DNA of 32,000 nt from Synechococcus sp. A15-24 (GTDB lineage: Bacteria; Cyanobacteriota; Cyanobacteriia; PCC-6307; Cyanobiaceae). The stretch is taken from assembly GCF_014280195.1 (NCBI RefSeq), contig NZ_CP047960.1, forward strand, positions 1,560,001 to 1,592,000. Direction: 5' to 3'. This document shows, piece by piece, positions 16,517-24,312 of the stretch (the first letter of the stretch is position 1; each line of letters opens with the position of its first letter). Under the pieces are notes generated by a model. It was not told the origin of the DNA. It did no database searches and worked only from the letters and a program-made list of their open reading frames with translations. The position numbers were made by a program, and so were the translations under genes.

Positions 16517-17407
16517 ATGACCACGCGGGCCGAACCCACTTCAGCCGACACTTCAGGCCTGCCGCTAATGCTGGGCGGAACGGAGCGGGAGGCGGCCATG
16601 GACCGCCTGAGCGTTGGGTTCAACGCCCTCAGCTGCAGCAAGCGTGCCTTTTTGCGGGCAGCCTTGATCCTGCGACGCCAGGGGGTCCTAGTGGTGCGCC
16701 AGGCCGTTCCCCCTCAACCTCTCGAATCCTTCAATGCGGAGGTGAATCAACTGCTGGCGCAGTTGGACGCCGGGCAAACGAAACAACTGGCCTCCATCGC
16801 CATCCTCAATCTGCCGAACAAGCGGCTGATAAAGGGGTATGAGAACTTCGTGGATGCTGATCAGGCCGTCATCAACCACCGAGTGAAACGGCCGGATGGC
16901 CGCAGCGGCAGCGATGCCGGCATGGTGGACATCTTTCACCCGGAACGCCTCAGCGAAGCCATGGCGCACTGGGTGTCGGTCTGCTTACACGAACGCCTGA
17001 TCAGCAGACTGCTGCTGACCTCATCGCTGCTGCCGATGCGGGTGAAGTGCCGCAACCTTTACGTGAACCACGGCGTACAGGACACCCGGGGGTATCACTG
17101 CGATGGTCGATCGCAGAAGTTCAAGTCGTTTGTCTTCCTGACGGACGTTCGGAACCTCAGCGATGGCCCTTATTGCTATGTCCCGGCCACGCACCGGGAT
17201 CGACGCTCCTGGAAACGCAGCCGCCAGTTCAATGAGGCCAATGGCCTCAACCGTCATGAATACAGCCAACTGCAGGGGCTTGAAGCGCTGCCGCTGCTGG
17301 CCAAGGCCGGAGACATGGTGATCTCCAGCCAGCGTGGTGCCCACCGCGGCCATCCCCAGCACCCGGGCGCCAGGCGGGCGGTGCTGGTGAACATGTATCA
17401 GCGCTGA
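16517..17407 (+). CDS. Fe(II)/2-oxoglutarate dioxygenase, phytanoyl-CoA dioxygenase (PhyH)-like
   Basis: 296 aa. H-x-D (YHCDG), FVFLTDVRNLSDGPYCYVPATH and a distal GAHRGHP fit the PhyH-type pattern. This is a motif-level call only. Confidence 0.45.
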   Translation: MTTRAEPTSADTSGLPLMLGGTEREAAMDRLSVGFNALSCSKRAFLRAALILRRQGVLVVRQAVPPQPLESFNAEVNQLLAQLDAGQTKQLASIAILNLPNKRLIKGYENFVDADQAVINHRVKRPDGRSGSDAGMVDIFHPERLSEAMAHWVSVCLHERLISRLLLTSSLLPMRVKCRNLYVNHGVQDTRGYHCDGRSQKFKSFVFLTDVRNLSDGPYCYVPATHRDRRSWKRSRQFNEANGLNRHEYSQLQGLEALPLLAKAGDMVISSQRGAHRGHPQHPGARRAVLVNMYQR

Positions 17408-17416
17408 CGCATGAGA

Positions 17417-17439
17417 AAGGCGGGGTCTTGCCCCGCCTT
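17417..17439. terminator. GC-rich hairpin between convergent genes (possible bidirectional terminator)
   Basis: AAGGCGGGG-TCTTG-CCCCGCCTT is a 9-bp perfect stem. The T-tract is weak on both strands. Confidence 0.4.
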
Positions 17440-17472
17440 GATCCCCTGAGGGTCAGTGGATCCTGTGAAGGA

Positions 17473-18060
17473 TCAGTCCACCAGCTTGGGGTCGATCTCG
17501 GCCATGTAGCGCGCTTCGCAGCCCTTGATTATCTCCACCGCTTTCTCGGTGCCGAAGAAACCGTTCACGCTGCAGGTGCCGGGCTTCTTGAGGTCCTTGT
17601 AGTGCTCCCAGTAGTAGGTGGTCTCCTTCTTCCAGTGCTCACCAAGGTCTTCGAAGCTCTTGATGTGATCCATGCGCTTGTCGTCAGCAAGCACAGCAAT
17701 CACCTTGTCATCCACTTCTCCGCCGTCGTCGAAGGTCATCACACCGATGATGCGAGCCTCAACGATGGAACCAGGAACCAACGGCTCGGTGACGTTGACG
17801 ATTTCGATGTCGAGAGGGTCGCCGTCTTCATCCCAGGTGCGGGGAATGCAGCCGTAGGCGAAGGGATAGGCCAGGGAGGAATAACCGACACGATCCAGCT
17901 TCAGGTGGCCGGTTTCCGTGATCAGCTCGTACTTGTTGATCGTGTTGGAGTTGAGCTCCACGATCGTGTTGAGGCGAAGTTCGGCTTCATCAGCAAAGGC
18001 CGGCAGCACATGCAGCAGGTTGGGCATGCTGCGGCTGGGAGCCTGATCAAGGTTGGCCAT
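17473..18060 (-). CDS. ppa: inorganic pyrophosphatase (family I)
   Basis: 195 aa. YPFAYGCIPRTWDEDGDPLDIEIV and DDGGEVDDKVIAV are family I PPase signatures. Confidence 0.9.
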   Translation of the reverse strand: MANLDQAPSRSMPNLLHVLPAFADEAELRLNTIVELNSNTINKYELITETGHLKLDRVGYSSLAYPFAYGCIPRTWDEDGDPLDIEIVNVTEPLVPGSIVEARIIGVMTFDDGGEVDDKVIAVLADDKRMDHIKSFEDLGEHWKKETTYYWEHYKDLKKPGTCSVNGFFGTEKAVEIIKGCEARYMAEIDPKLVD

Positions 18061-18143
18061 GGATGGCGGACGTTAGCGCCGGGATCCTACGGGCAGCCCG
18101 ACCAATCGCTGAGACAAAGCCTTTATGGCACGAAATCTCACCT

Positions 18144-18169
18144 ATATTGAGTTATTATTAACTCAATAT
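18144..18169. repeat. perfect AT-rich palindrome (11-bp arms, 4-nt spacer) upstream of ppa
   Basis: ATATTGAGTTA-TTAT-TAACTCAATAT. It is flanked asymmetrically by GGCACG (18127-18132) and CGTGCC (18170-18175). It lies between the carboxypeptidase stop (18185) and the ppa start (18060). Confidence 0.7.
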
Positions 18170-18184
18170 CGTGCCGTTCAGGTG

Positions 18185-19699
18185 TCATGCCGGCTGTAAG
18201 GCCTGAACCTTTCCTCTCACGTGCTGCAGAAAAGCCGTGCTGTCCAGCGGACGTCCGGTGACCTGACGCACCAGATCCTCAGAATTCAAAGCCCGTCCCA
18301 CCGGATGCACGTGCTGCCGCAACCATCCCAGCAGTGGAGTGATGTCACCGTTGGCGACATGGTCCTCGAGGGCACCGATCTCGGAGGCCATCGCCTGGCA
18401 CAACTGGGCACTGATCAGATGTCCCAGCAGATAGGAGGGGAAGTAGCCGAACAGGCCCTCGCTCCAGTGCACGTCCTGCAGACAGCCCTCGGCGTCGTTG
18501 GCGGGCGTGACCCCCAACAGTTCGCCGTAGCGGCGGTTCCACTCCGCCGGCAGATCCGCCACGTCCAGCCCTTGCTCCAGCAGGGCGATCTCGAGATCGG
18601 TGCGGATCAGGATGTGGAGTCCGTAGCTGAGCTCATCGGCCTCCACGCGGTTCAGGCCCGGCGCCAAAGGGTTCAGAGCCCGCCAGAGATCCTCCGCTCC
18701 ATCAAGGGGAGCGCCCATCGCGGCGAATTGACGCCACCACTGCTCCGCAAAAGGACGGCTGCGGGCCACCCGGTTCTCCCAGAACAGCGACTGGCTCTCG
18801 TGCACAGCCATGGACGTCGCCTGGCCGAGCGGCCAGGCAAACCATTGATGGCTCTGGTCCGGTAAACCCTGTTCATACAGGGAATGGCCCCACTCATGGG
18901 CCGTCGCCAGAAAACAGGACAGGGGCTGACCTTGCACCACCCGGGTGGTGATGCGGTAGTCGGCAGGCCCCAGGGTGATGGAAAAGGGGTGGGGCGAACG
19001 CGCCACACAGGTGATCGAGGGATCACGCCCCCAACTGTTGAGCAGCGCGTCGCACAGCTGCTGCTGGGCTGTCTCCGGCAGATCCCAGCTGGCGGTGCGG
19101 GAACGGGGGCCAGAGGCGGTTGCGGCCACCAGGTCTGGCAGAGCCTCTCGCAGGGGAGCAAACACCTCCTGCAGCCGCTTGAGGCTGAGGCCTGGCTCAA
19201 ACGGCTGGGCCAGGGTCTCCCAGCAGGACCGGGGCTCGGCCAGTTGACGGGCCTGTTCCTGGCGTAATTGGATCAGGCGCTGCAGGGCTGGCGCGAACTG
19301 AGAGAAGTCCGAGGCCGACCGCGCCTGTTGCCACTGGTTGTATCCGCTTGCTTTGGCGGTTGCCAGGGCAGCCACGAGAGCGGGATCCAGCGATTGCTGG
19401 CGGCGCAGATCCTCCTCCAACAGATCGAGGTTGCGACCCCGCGGGCCACGGTCATCGTTCTCTGACTGCTGGTTCCACTCCTCTCGCGCCGCTTGCACGA
19501 GGTCGGCGTACTGCGTGGAGCTTTGCCGGGCATGCAACTGGGTCGCCAGCAGTGACAGCTGCTCGCCACGCCAGGCCGCACCACCACTGGGCATGCGGGT
19601 GTTCTGATCCCAATACAACGTGCTCTGAATTGAACCAATGATCTGGGTTTCCCGCAGATGCTCACCGAGACGACTCCAGGCCGGTGATGCGGGCAGCAT
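18185..19699 (-). CDS. carboxypeptidase Taq-type metallopeptidase (M32 family)
   Basis: 504 aa. HEWGH (HExxH) and DVHWSEGLFGYFPSYLLG are typical of M32. Confidence 0.85.
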   Translation of the reverse strand: MLPASPAWSRLGEHLRETQIIGSIQSTLYWDQNTRMPSGGAAWRGEQLSLLATQLHARQSSTQYADLVQAAREEWNQQSENDDRGPRGRNLDLLEEDLRRQQSLDPALVAALATAKASGYNQWQQARSASDFSQFAPALQRLIQLRQEQARQLAEPRSCWETLAQPFEPGLSLKRLQEVFAPLREALPDLVAATASGPRSRTASWDLPETAQQQLCDALLNSWGRDPSITCVARSPHPFSITLGPADYRITTRVVQGQPLSCFLATAHEWGHSLYEQGLPDQSHQWFAWPLGQATSMAVHESQSLFWENRVARSRPFAEQWWRQFAAMGAPLDGAEDLWRALNPLAPGLNRVEADELSYGLHILIRTDLEIALLEQGLDVADLPAEWNRRYGELLGVTPANDAEGCLQDVHWSEGLFGYFPSYLLGHLISAQLCQAMASEIGALEDHVANGDITPLLGWLRQHVHPVGRALNSEDLVRQVTGRPLDSTAFLQHVRGKVQALQPA

Positions 19700-19804
19700 C
19701 AGATTCGGTTCACTTCTGCAAAGACCTTAACGAGATCCACCGGAACGGAACTGGCAGGGAGGGCTTCCCTCGAGCCATCCTGAAGCTGTCGCATCCGAAC
19801 CAGC

Positions 19805-19903
19805 ATGCGCCGTCTGCTGATGTCCACGACCCTGGCTCTGGCCCTCCCCCTGGCGCTGTGGCCGCTCAAATTGATCTACCGCCAGCCGGCGGCCAAGCCC
19901 TGA
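19805..19903 (+). CDS. possible small hydrophobic peptide (32 aa)
   Basis: ATG at 19805 to TGA at 19901-19903: MRRLLMSTTLALALPLALWPLKLIYRQPAAKP. It is below the ORF-track cutoff, signal/TM-like, and has no further support. Confidence 0.25.
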   Translation: MRRLLMSTTLALALPLALWPLKLIYRQPAAKP

Positions 19904-20162
19904 TCAGCGGGCCTCGTCGTCAGCGACCTGATCGGCACTGGCGTCTTCCCCCTCCGCATCGGACTGGTTCTGACGCAGTCGCTTCAGCCAGCGGCCATAG
20001 GCAACGGTACGGTCATCGTCACTGCCATCGGTGACGCGCTCGGAGAACCCTTCAAACGGTGGTGTCGATCGTTCCTGCACAGGGACAACGGGGACTTCAC
20101 CGCATTGTGCGCTGGAGTGAACGAAGCGTTTCCGCAGGCCACGAAATCCGCATACCGCAGCA

Positions 20163-20588
20163 TCAACGGGTAGAAGTCTCGAGGCGGCACCGCTGCCGCT
20201 CGTCGCAGAGGCTTTGCAGATCAGGCCGTCGTGTGAGCTGCAGCCGACGGGCCGCCCAGATGCCGTACAACCAGTCGACAACAGCTGAAACAACGGGCCA
20301 ACGTGTGGGGGCGTACAACCAGCCCAAGCCGATCAGCCGATAGGCCTCGCGGAACACCGCAACATCACACACCACGTCACCGGAGGCGGTGATGGCATGG
20401 ATGCGACCCATCGCCTCTTCGTAGCTGATGCCCTGATGGGACTCAGGGTCGTAGTCCAGGGCATCAATATCAACAAAGCCCAGGGCGTCCCGGCGATCGC
20501 GTCCCCTGAGAAAGGTCACCTCACGCACGCACAACGGGCAGCCTCCGTCGAACAGCACGGTGAGCTCAGGAGAAGCAGACCTTGTCAT
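20163..20588 (-). CDS. thiol-disulfide oxidoreductase, DCC family (DUF393)
   Basis: LFDGGCPLCVREVTFL carries the D-x-x-C-x-x-C motif. The ATG at 20588 overlaps the stop of the upstream small gene (ATGA). Confidence 0.7.
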   Translation of the reverse strand: MTRSASPELTVLFDGGCPLCVREVTFLRGRDRRDALGFVDIDALDYDPESHQGISYEEAMGRIHAITASGDVVCDVAVFREAYRLIGLGWLYAPTRWPVVSAVVDWLYGIWAARRLQLTRRPDLQSLCDERQRCRLETSTR

Positions 20589-20875
20589 TCCCGCTTGCAG
20601 TAACCGCCTCCCACGTTGATCCATTGCGCTGGGCAATCGCGACCCTGACGGGGCTTCAACCGCTCGACACGACGACCAAAACTGCAACAGCGGCCATTGC
20701 GGGTGTCGGCGTAACCAATGGGACAGTCTTCATTCAGCCTTGGCACCACACGCTGAGCAGCTGCAGGCACTGGCTCCAGCAACAGCACAGCAATAACAAT
20801 GACGAAACCCAGCAGCGCGATGGTGGAACAACCAACAGAACGCACCACAAACTTAAGGAGCTCAGCGTTCTGCAT
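20585..20875 (-). CDS. small secreted/membrane-anchored Cys-rich protein
   Basis: 96 aa. An N-terminal hydrophobic anchor (STIALLGFVIVIAVLLL) is followed by two DCP-X10-C modules (DCPIGYADTRNGRC and DCPAQWINVGGGYC). It is translationally coupled to the DCC gene. Confidence 0.55.
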   Translation of the reverse strand: MQNAELLKFVVRSVGCSTIALLGFVIVIAVLLLEPVPAAAQRVVPRLNEDCPIGYADTRNGRCCSFGRRVERLKPRQGRDCPAQWINVGGGYCKRE

Positions 20876-20880
20876 CTGCC

Positions 20881-21444
20881 ATGGCCTTGCAGCAGGTTCT
20901 GCATCAGCTCGAGCTGGCCACCCAGGGCCAGGGTTTCACGCGATTGGATCGCCAGATCAACCAATGGCTTCGTGGCACTGGGCTCTGGCAGGGAATGCTG
21001 CATCTCACCTGCCTTCACACCAGCTGCAGCCTCACAATCAATGAAAACGCTGATCCACGCGTTCTGAACGATCTCGCCGACTGGATGGCGGACATCGTTC
21101 CCGAGTTCCGTCGCTACAGCCATGACGACGAAGGAGCCGACGACATGCCGGCCCACATCCGCACAGCGCTCACCGCTCAGAGCCTGAGCCTCAGCGTTGA
21201 CGCCGGCCAGCTTGTGTTGGGCACCTGGCAGGCGGTCTACCTCTGGGAGCACCGACGCCGTCCCCATCAACGGCGCGTGCTGTGTCATCTCCTTGGAGAA
21301 CCAGCCGCAATAGAGACAACAAGCAAAACCCTGAACCAGCAGATCCAGGCACGCCACGACCCCGAGGCCTGGGCTGCGGATGGAGGAATCGAAACGGAGG
21401 TGGATTTGCTGGTGGACCAACTGCACGACCTGGCGGACACCTGA
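20881..21444 (+). CDS. YjbQ/UPF0047 family protein with a C-terminal extension
   Basis: 187 aa. LHLTCLHTSCSLTINENADPRV and HDDEGADDMPAHIRTAL match the UPF0047 pattern. About 45 extra C-terminal residues are present. Confidence 0.7.
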   Translation: MALQQVLHQLELATQGQGFTRLDRQINQWLRGTGLWQGMLHLTCLHTSCSLTINENADPRVLNDLADWMADIVPEFRRYSHDDEGADDMPAHIRTALTAQSLSLSVDAGQLVLGTWQAVYLWEHRRRPHQRRVLCHLLGEPAAIETTSKTLNQQIQARHDPEAWAADGGIETEVDLLVDQLHDLADT

Positions 21445-21479
21445 TCGACATAGGCCGAAGATGGCGGTGACTGTCGTGG

Positions 21480-21776
21480 ATGATCGCCATGCCCTCCCTG
21501 CTCTCAGCAGACCAACGGCAGATGCTGCCGGTGACGCTGCCGAACTGGACCATTCATGAGCAGTCCATCAGCCGGGAGCTGGTGTTCAACGATTTCAACG
21601 AAGCCTTCGGTTTCATGAGCCGGGTGGCTCTGTTGGCGGAGGGTCGCAACCACCACCCCAATTGGAGCAACGTCTACAACCGCGTGTTTATCACGCTCTC
21701 CACCCACGATCTGGGGGGACTGAGCGATCTCGATGTCGAGCTGGCTGCAGCAATCGATCAACTGCTGCCAGCATGA
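21480..21776 (+). CDS. phhB: pterin-4-alpha-carbinolamine dehydratase
   Basis: 98 aa. [39 protein letters not shown] is the PCD/DCoH signature. An alternative ATG lies at 21489. Confidence 0.8.
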   Translation: MIAMPSLLSADQRQMLPVTLPNWTIHEQSISRELVFNDFNEAFGFMSRVALLAEGRNHHPNWSNVYNRVFITLSTHDLGGLSDLDVELAAAIDQLLPA

Positions 21777-21795
21777 CTGGAGAGGTCTTGATCGC

Positions 21796-22935
21796 ATGAC
21801 GACCGCACCTGTCGCCTCCGGCACCCCCGTGACCATCCTGAGCGGCTTTCTGGGGGCGGGGAAAACCACCCTGCTGAATCACATTCTCAGCAATCAGCAG
21901 GGGGTGAAAACCGCTGTTCTGGTGAACGAGTTCGGCGAGATCGGCATCGACAACGATCTGATCGTGTCCACCGGTGAGGAGATGGTGGAACTCAGCAACG
22001 GCTGCATCTGTTGCTCGATCAACGGCGAACTGATGGAGTCCGTTGAGCGGATTCTGGAACGCCCTGAGCCACTGGATTACATCGTTGTTGAAACCACCGG
22101 ACTGGCTGATCCACTGCCGGTGGCCATGACCTTTCTCGGCAGTGAGCTGAGGGATTCAACCCGCCTCGACTCGATCATCACCTTGATTGATGCGGAGAAT
22201 TTCGAGGTAGGCCTGCTGGACACCGAAGTTGGGCGGGCTCAGGTGATCTACGGCGACATCCTGCTGCTGAACAAATGCGATCTCGTCTCTGAAGTGCGGC
22301 TGGCGGAGGTGGAAGCGGAATTACGGGCCGTCAAAAACGATGCCCGCATCCTGCGGTCGGTGAAGGGGGATGTGCCCCTGGCCCTGCTGCTGAGTGTTGG
22401 CCTGTTCGAGTCCGACAAGGTGGCCACGCCCGTGGAGGACCCCTGCCTCGACCACAGCGACTGTGATCACGACCATGGCCACTGCAGCCATGACCATGAC
22501 CACAGCGAGGGGCATCACCACAGCCATGGGCATGACCACAGCGAGGGGCATGACCACAGCGAGGGGCATGACCACAGCCATCACCATGACCATGACCACA
22601 GCCATGGGGAAGACTCGGATCATCTGGCCATCGAAGGGTTCACATCCCTGTCCTTCCAGAGCGATGGTCCCTTCTCCCTGCGCAAATTCCAGAACTTCCT
22701 CGACAACCAGATGCCCCAGGAGGTGTTCAGAGCGAAGGGGATTCTCTGGTTCAACGAAAGCGAACGACGCCACGTGTTTCACCTCGCCGGCAAGCGCTTC
22801 TCCATCGACGACACCGACTGGACAGGCGATCGCAAGAATCAACTGGTGTTGATTGGTCGCAACATCGACCACACCACCCTGCGCCAGCAGCTGAACGCTT
22901 GCGTGGCCAAGGATGCCGGACAAGGATTCGCCTGA
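21796..22935 (+). CDS. COG0523 (CobW/ZigA-like) GTPase metallochaperone with a His-rich insert
   Basis: The ATG at 21796 gives [31 protein letters not shown] (P-loop). NGCICCS (CxCC motif), LNKCDL and a roughly 55-aa His/Asp-rich tract are present. Confidence 0.85.
   Translation: MTTAPVASGTPVTILSGFLGAGKTTLLNHILSNQQGVKTAVLVNEFGEIGIDNDLIVSTGEEMVELSNGCICCSINGELMESVERILERPEPLDYIVVETTGLADPLPVAMTFLGSELRDSTRLDSIITLIDAENFEVGLLDTEVGRAQVIYGDILLLNKCDLVSEVRLAEVEAELRAVKNDARILRSVKGDVPLALLLSVGLFESDKVATPVEDPCLDHSDCDHDHGHCSHDHDHSEGHHHSHGHDHSEGHDHSEGHDHSHHHDHDHSHGEDSDHLAIEGFTSLSFQSDGPFSLRKFQNFLDNQMPQEVFRAKGILWFNESERRHVFHLAGKRFSIDDTDWTGDRKNQLVLIGRNIDHTTLRQQLNACVAKDAGQGFA
22501..22590 (+). repeat. in-frame 18-nt tandem repeat (five units) encoding [12 protein letters not shown]-type units
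   Basis: The units are CACAGCGAGGGGCATCAC, CACAGCCATGGGCATGAC, CACAGCGAGGGGCATGAC (twice) and CACAGCCATCACCATGAC, all inside the COG0523 gene. Confidence 0.85.
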
Positions 22936-22972
22936 CTCAGCGCAATCAAGGCAACCCCACTAAGGTGTTGAC

Positions 22973-23134
22973 ATGGAGAACACCCTCATGGCCGAACCGA
23001 TCACGCTGTTGGCGTTGCTCGTGATCGTCGGTCTGCTGCTTCTGTTGCAGGATTCCGACGATGACAACAGCGGTGGCGGCCTCAGAGAGCCTGTTCTGAT
23101 TCCTGTGCGGGTGCGCGATCAACAGCGTCGGTAA
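22973..23134 (+). CDS. small single-pass membrane protein (53 aa)
   Basis: MENTLMAEPITLLALLVIVGLLLLLQDSDDDNSGGGLREPVLIPVRVRDQQRR. It is below the ORF-track cutoff and is followed 23 nt later by a strong terminator. Confidence 0.5.
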   Translation: MENTLMAEPITLLALLVIVGLLLLLQDSDDDNSGGGLREPVLIPVRVRDQQRR

Positions 23135-23157
23135 GCCGAAATTCAAATCCCACTCCG

Positions 23158-23187
23158 ATCCCCTGCCAACGGCGGGGGATTTTTTTT
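23158..23187 (+). terminator. rho-independent terminator
   Basis: ATCCCCTGCC-AAC-GGCGGGGGAT is a 10-bp stem with one G-U pair, running into 8 consecutive T. Confidence 0.8.
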
Positions 23188-23268
23188 GCACGTTGTGTCA
23201 TCTCGATCGCCCTAAGCGCAGACCGCCCATCGCTATTGTGTATCATTCTCAAAACCAACAAGAAGCGA

Positions 23269-24312
23269 ATGGTTTTCATTCTCAATAAGCTCGTCAAGTC
23301 ACGACGTAACGCTTCCGCGCTGGTACTGGCGATGGGCGCCCTGCTCGGTGCCTGCAGCGGCCCTGAGACAACCAGCCAGATCGGCATCTACTCAGGCCGT
23401 CACTACAACACCGACAAGGACCTCTATGCGCGCTTCACCGAGGCCACCGGCATTCAAGTGAAGCTGCTGGAAGCCAAGGACGACGCCCTGATCGAACGGC
23501 TCAACACCGAGGGAGATGACTCCCCCGCCGATGTGTTGATCCTGGCGGATGTGGCCCGACTCGACAGGGCCGCCGGCATGAATCTGTTCCAGACGGTCGA
23601 CTCCGATGCCCTCAACCAGGCGGTACCCCGTGATCTGCGTGACCGCGAGGGACGCTGGTTCGGCCTGACCCGTCGCCTGCGGGCCCCGATGTTCAACGCT
23701 GACCGCGTCAACGCCGAGCAGGTGAGCAGCTATGGGGTGCTGGCCGACCCCAGCCTCAAAGGCAAGCTATGCCTGCGCAACCGCCGCAGTGTCTACAACC
23801 AGTCCCTGGTGGCCTTCATGCTGGATGAACAGGGGCAGGCCGCCACGGAGGACTGGATCAAAGGCATGGTGAACAACCTGGCGGAACCTGTCTTCAGCAG
23901 CGACACGCCGATGATCCGAGCTGTCGCCCAGGGGCAGTGCGGTGTCGCCCTGGCCAACAGCTACTACCTGGGCCGGATGCAGGCCGGCGACAAAGGGGAA
24001 TCCGACAGGACCCTGTCGGGCAAGGTGACCGTGCGCTGGCCCGATCCCGTGCACGTGAACATCACTGGCGGTGGTGTCACCCGTGCCAGCCGCAACCCCA
24101 AGGCAGCCCAACGTCTGCTGGAATTTCTGAGCTCGGATCAGGCCCAGGGTGGCTACGCCGCGGCAAACCACGAATATCCACTCAAAGGAATCGGGGAGGA
24201 CCCGGTGCTGCAGGCTTGGGGGCCTTTCAACCAGGCCAAGGTGTCCGCTGAGCGTCTTGGCGAGCTGAACGCGCAAGCGCTCGAGCTGATGGCCGCCAAC
24301 GGTTGGCAATGA
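23269..24312 (+). CDS. futA: Fe(3+) ABC transporter periplasmic substrate-binding lipoprotein (FutA/IdiA/AfuA-like)
   Basis: The ATG at 23269 gives MVFILNKLVKSRRNASALVLAMGALLGACSG, a lipoprotein signal with a lipobox Cys. IGIYSGRHYNTDKDLY, ADVLILADVARL and ANSYYLGR resemble ferric-binding proteins. The gene symbol is tentative. Confidence 0.7.
   Translation: MVFILNKLVKSRRNASALVLAMGALLGACSGPETTSQIGIYSGRHYNTDKDLYARFTEATGIQVKLLEAKDDALIERLNTEGDDSPADVLILADVARLDRAAGMNLFQTVDSDALNQAVPRDLRDREGRWFGLTRRLRAPMFNADRVNAEQVSSYGVLADPSLKGKLCLRNRRSVYNQSLVAFMLDEQGQAATEDWIKGMVNNLAEPVFSSDTPMIRAVAQGQCGVALANSYYLGRMQAGDKGESDRTLSGKVTVRWPDPVHVNITGGGVTRASRNPKAAQRLLEFLSSDQAQGGYAAANHEYPLKGIGEDPVLQAWGPFNQAKVSAERLGELNAQALELMAANGWQ

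Noticed and set aside
18144-18169. Pho box interpretation of the AT-rich palindrome upstream of ppa
   Set aside because: Cyanobacterial Pho boxes are direct 8-bp repeats (CTTAACCT-like) with 3-nt linkers. This element is an inverted repeat and does not match that layout.
20881-21444. The C-terminal extension of YjbQ as a separate fused domain or a frameshift
   Set aside because: The reading frame is continuous with host-like codon usage, and I see no sign of a second start or a frameshift. I note it only as an extension.
22501-22590. Short tandem repeats as a possible CRISPR-like array
   Set aside because: The units are contiguous 18-nt repeats with no spacers, they are in frame, and they encode the His-rich tract of the COG0523 protein.
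22946-23191. 81-aa minus-strand ORF downstream of the COG0523 gene
   Set aside because: It reads through a strong + strand terminator hairpin. It is antisense to a better-supported 53-aa membrane ORF.
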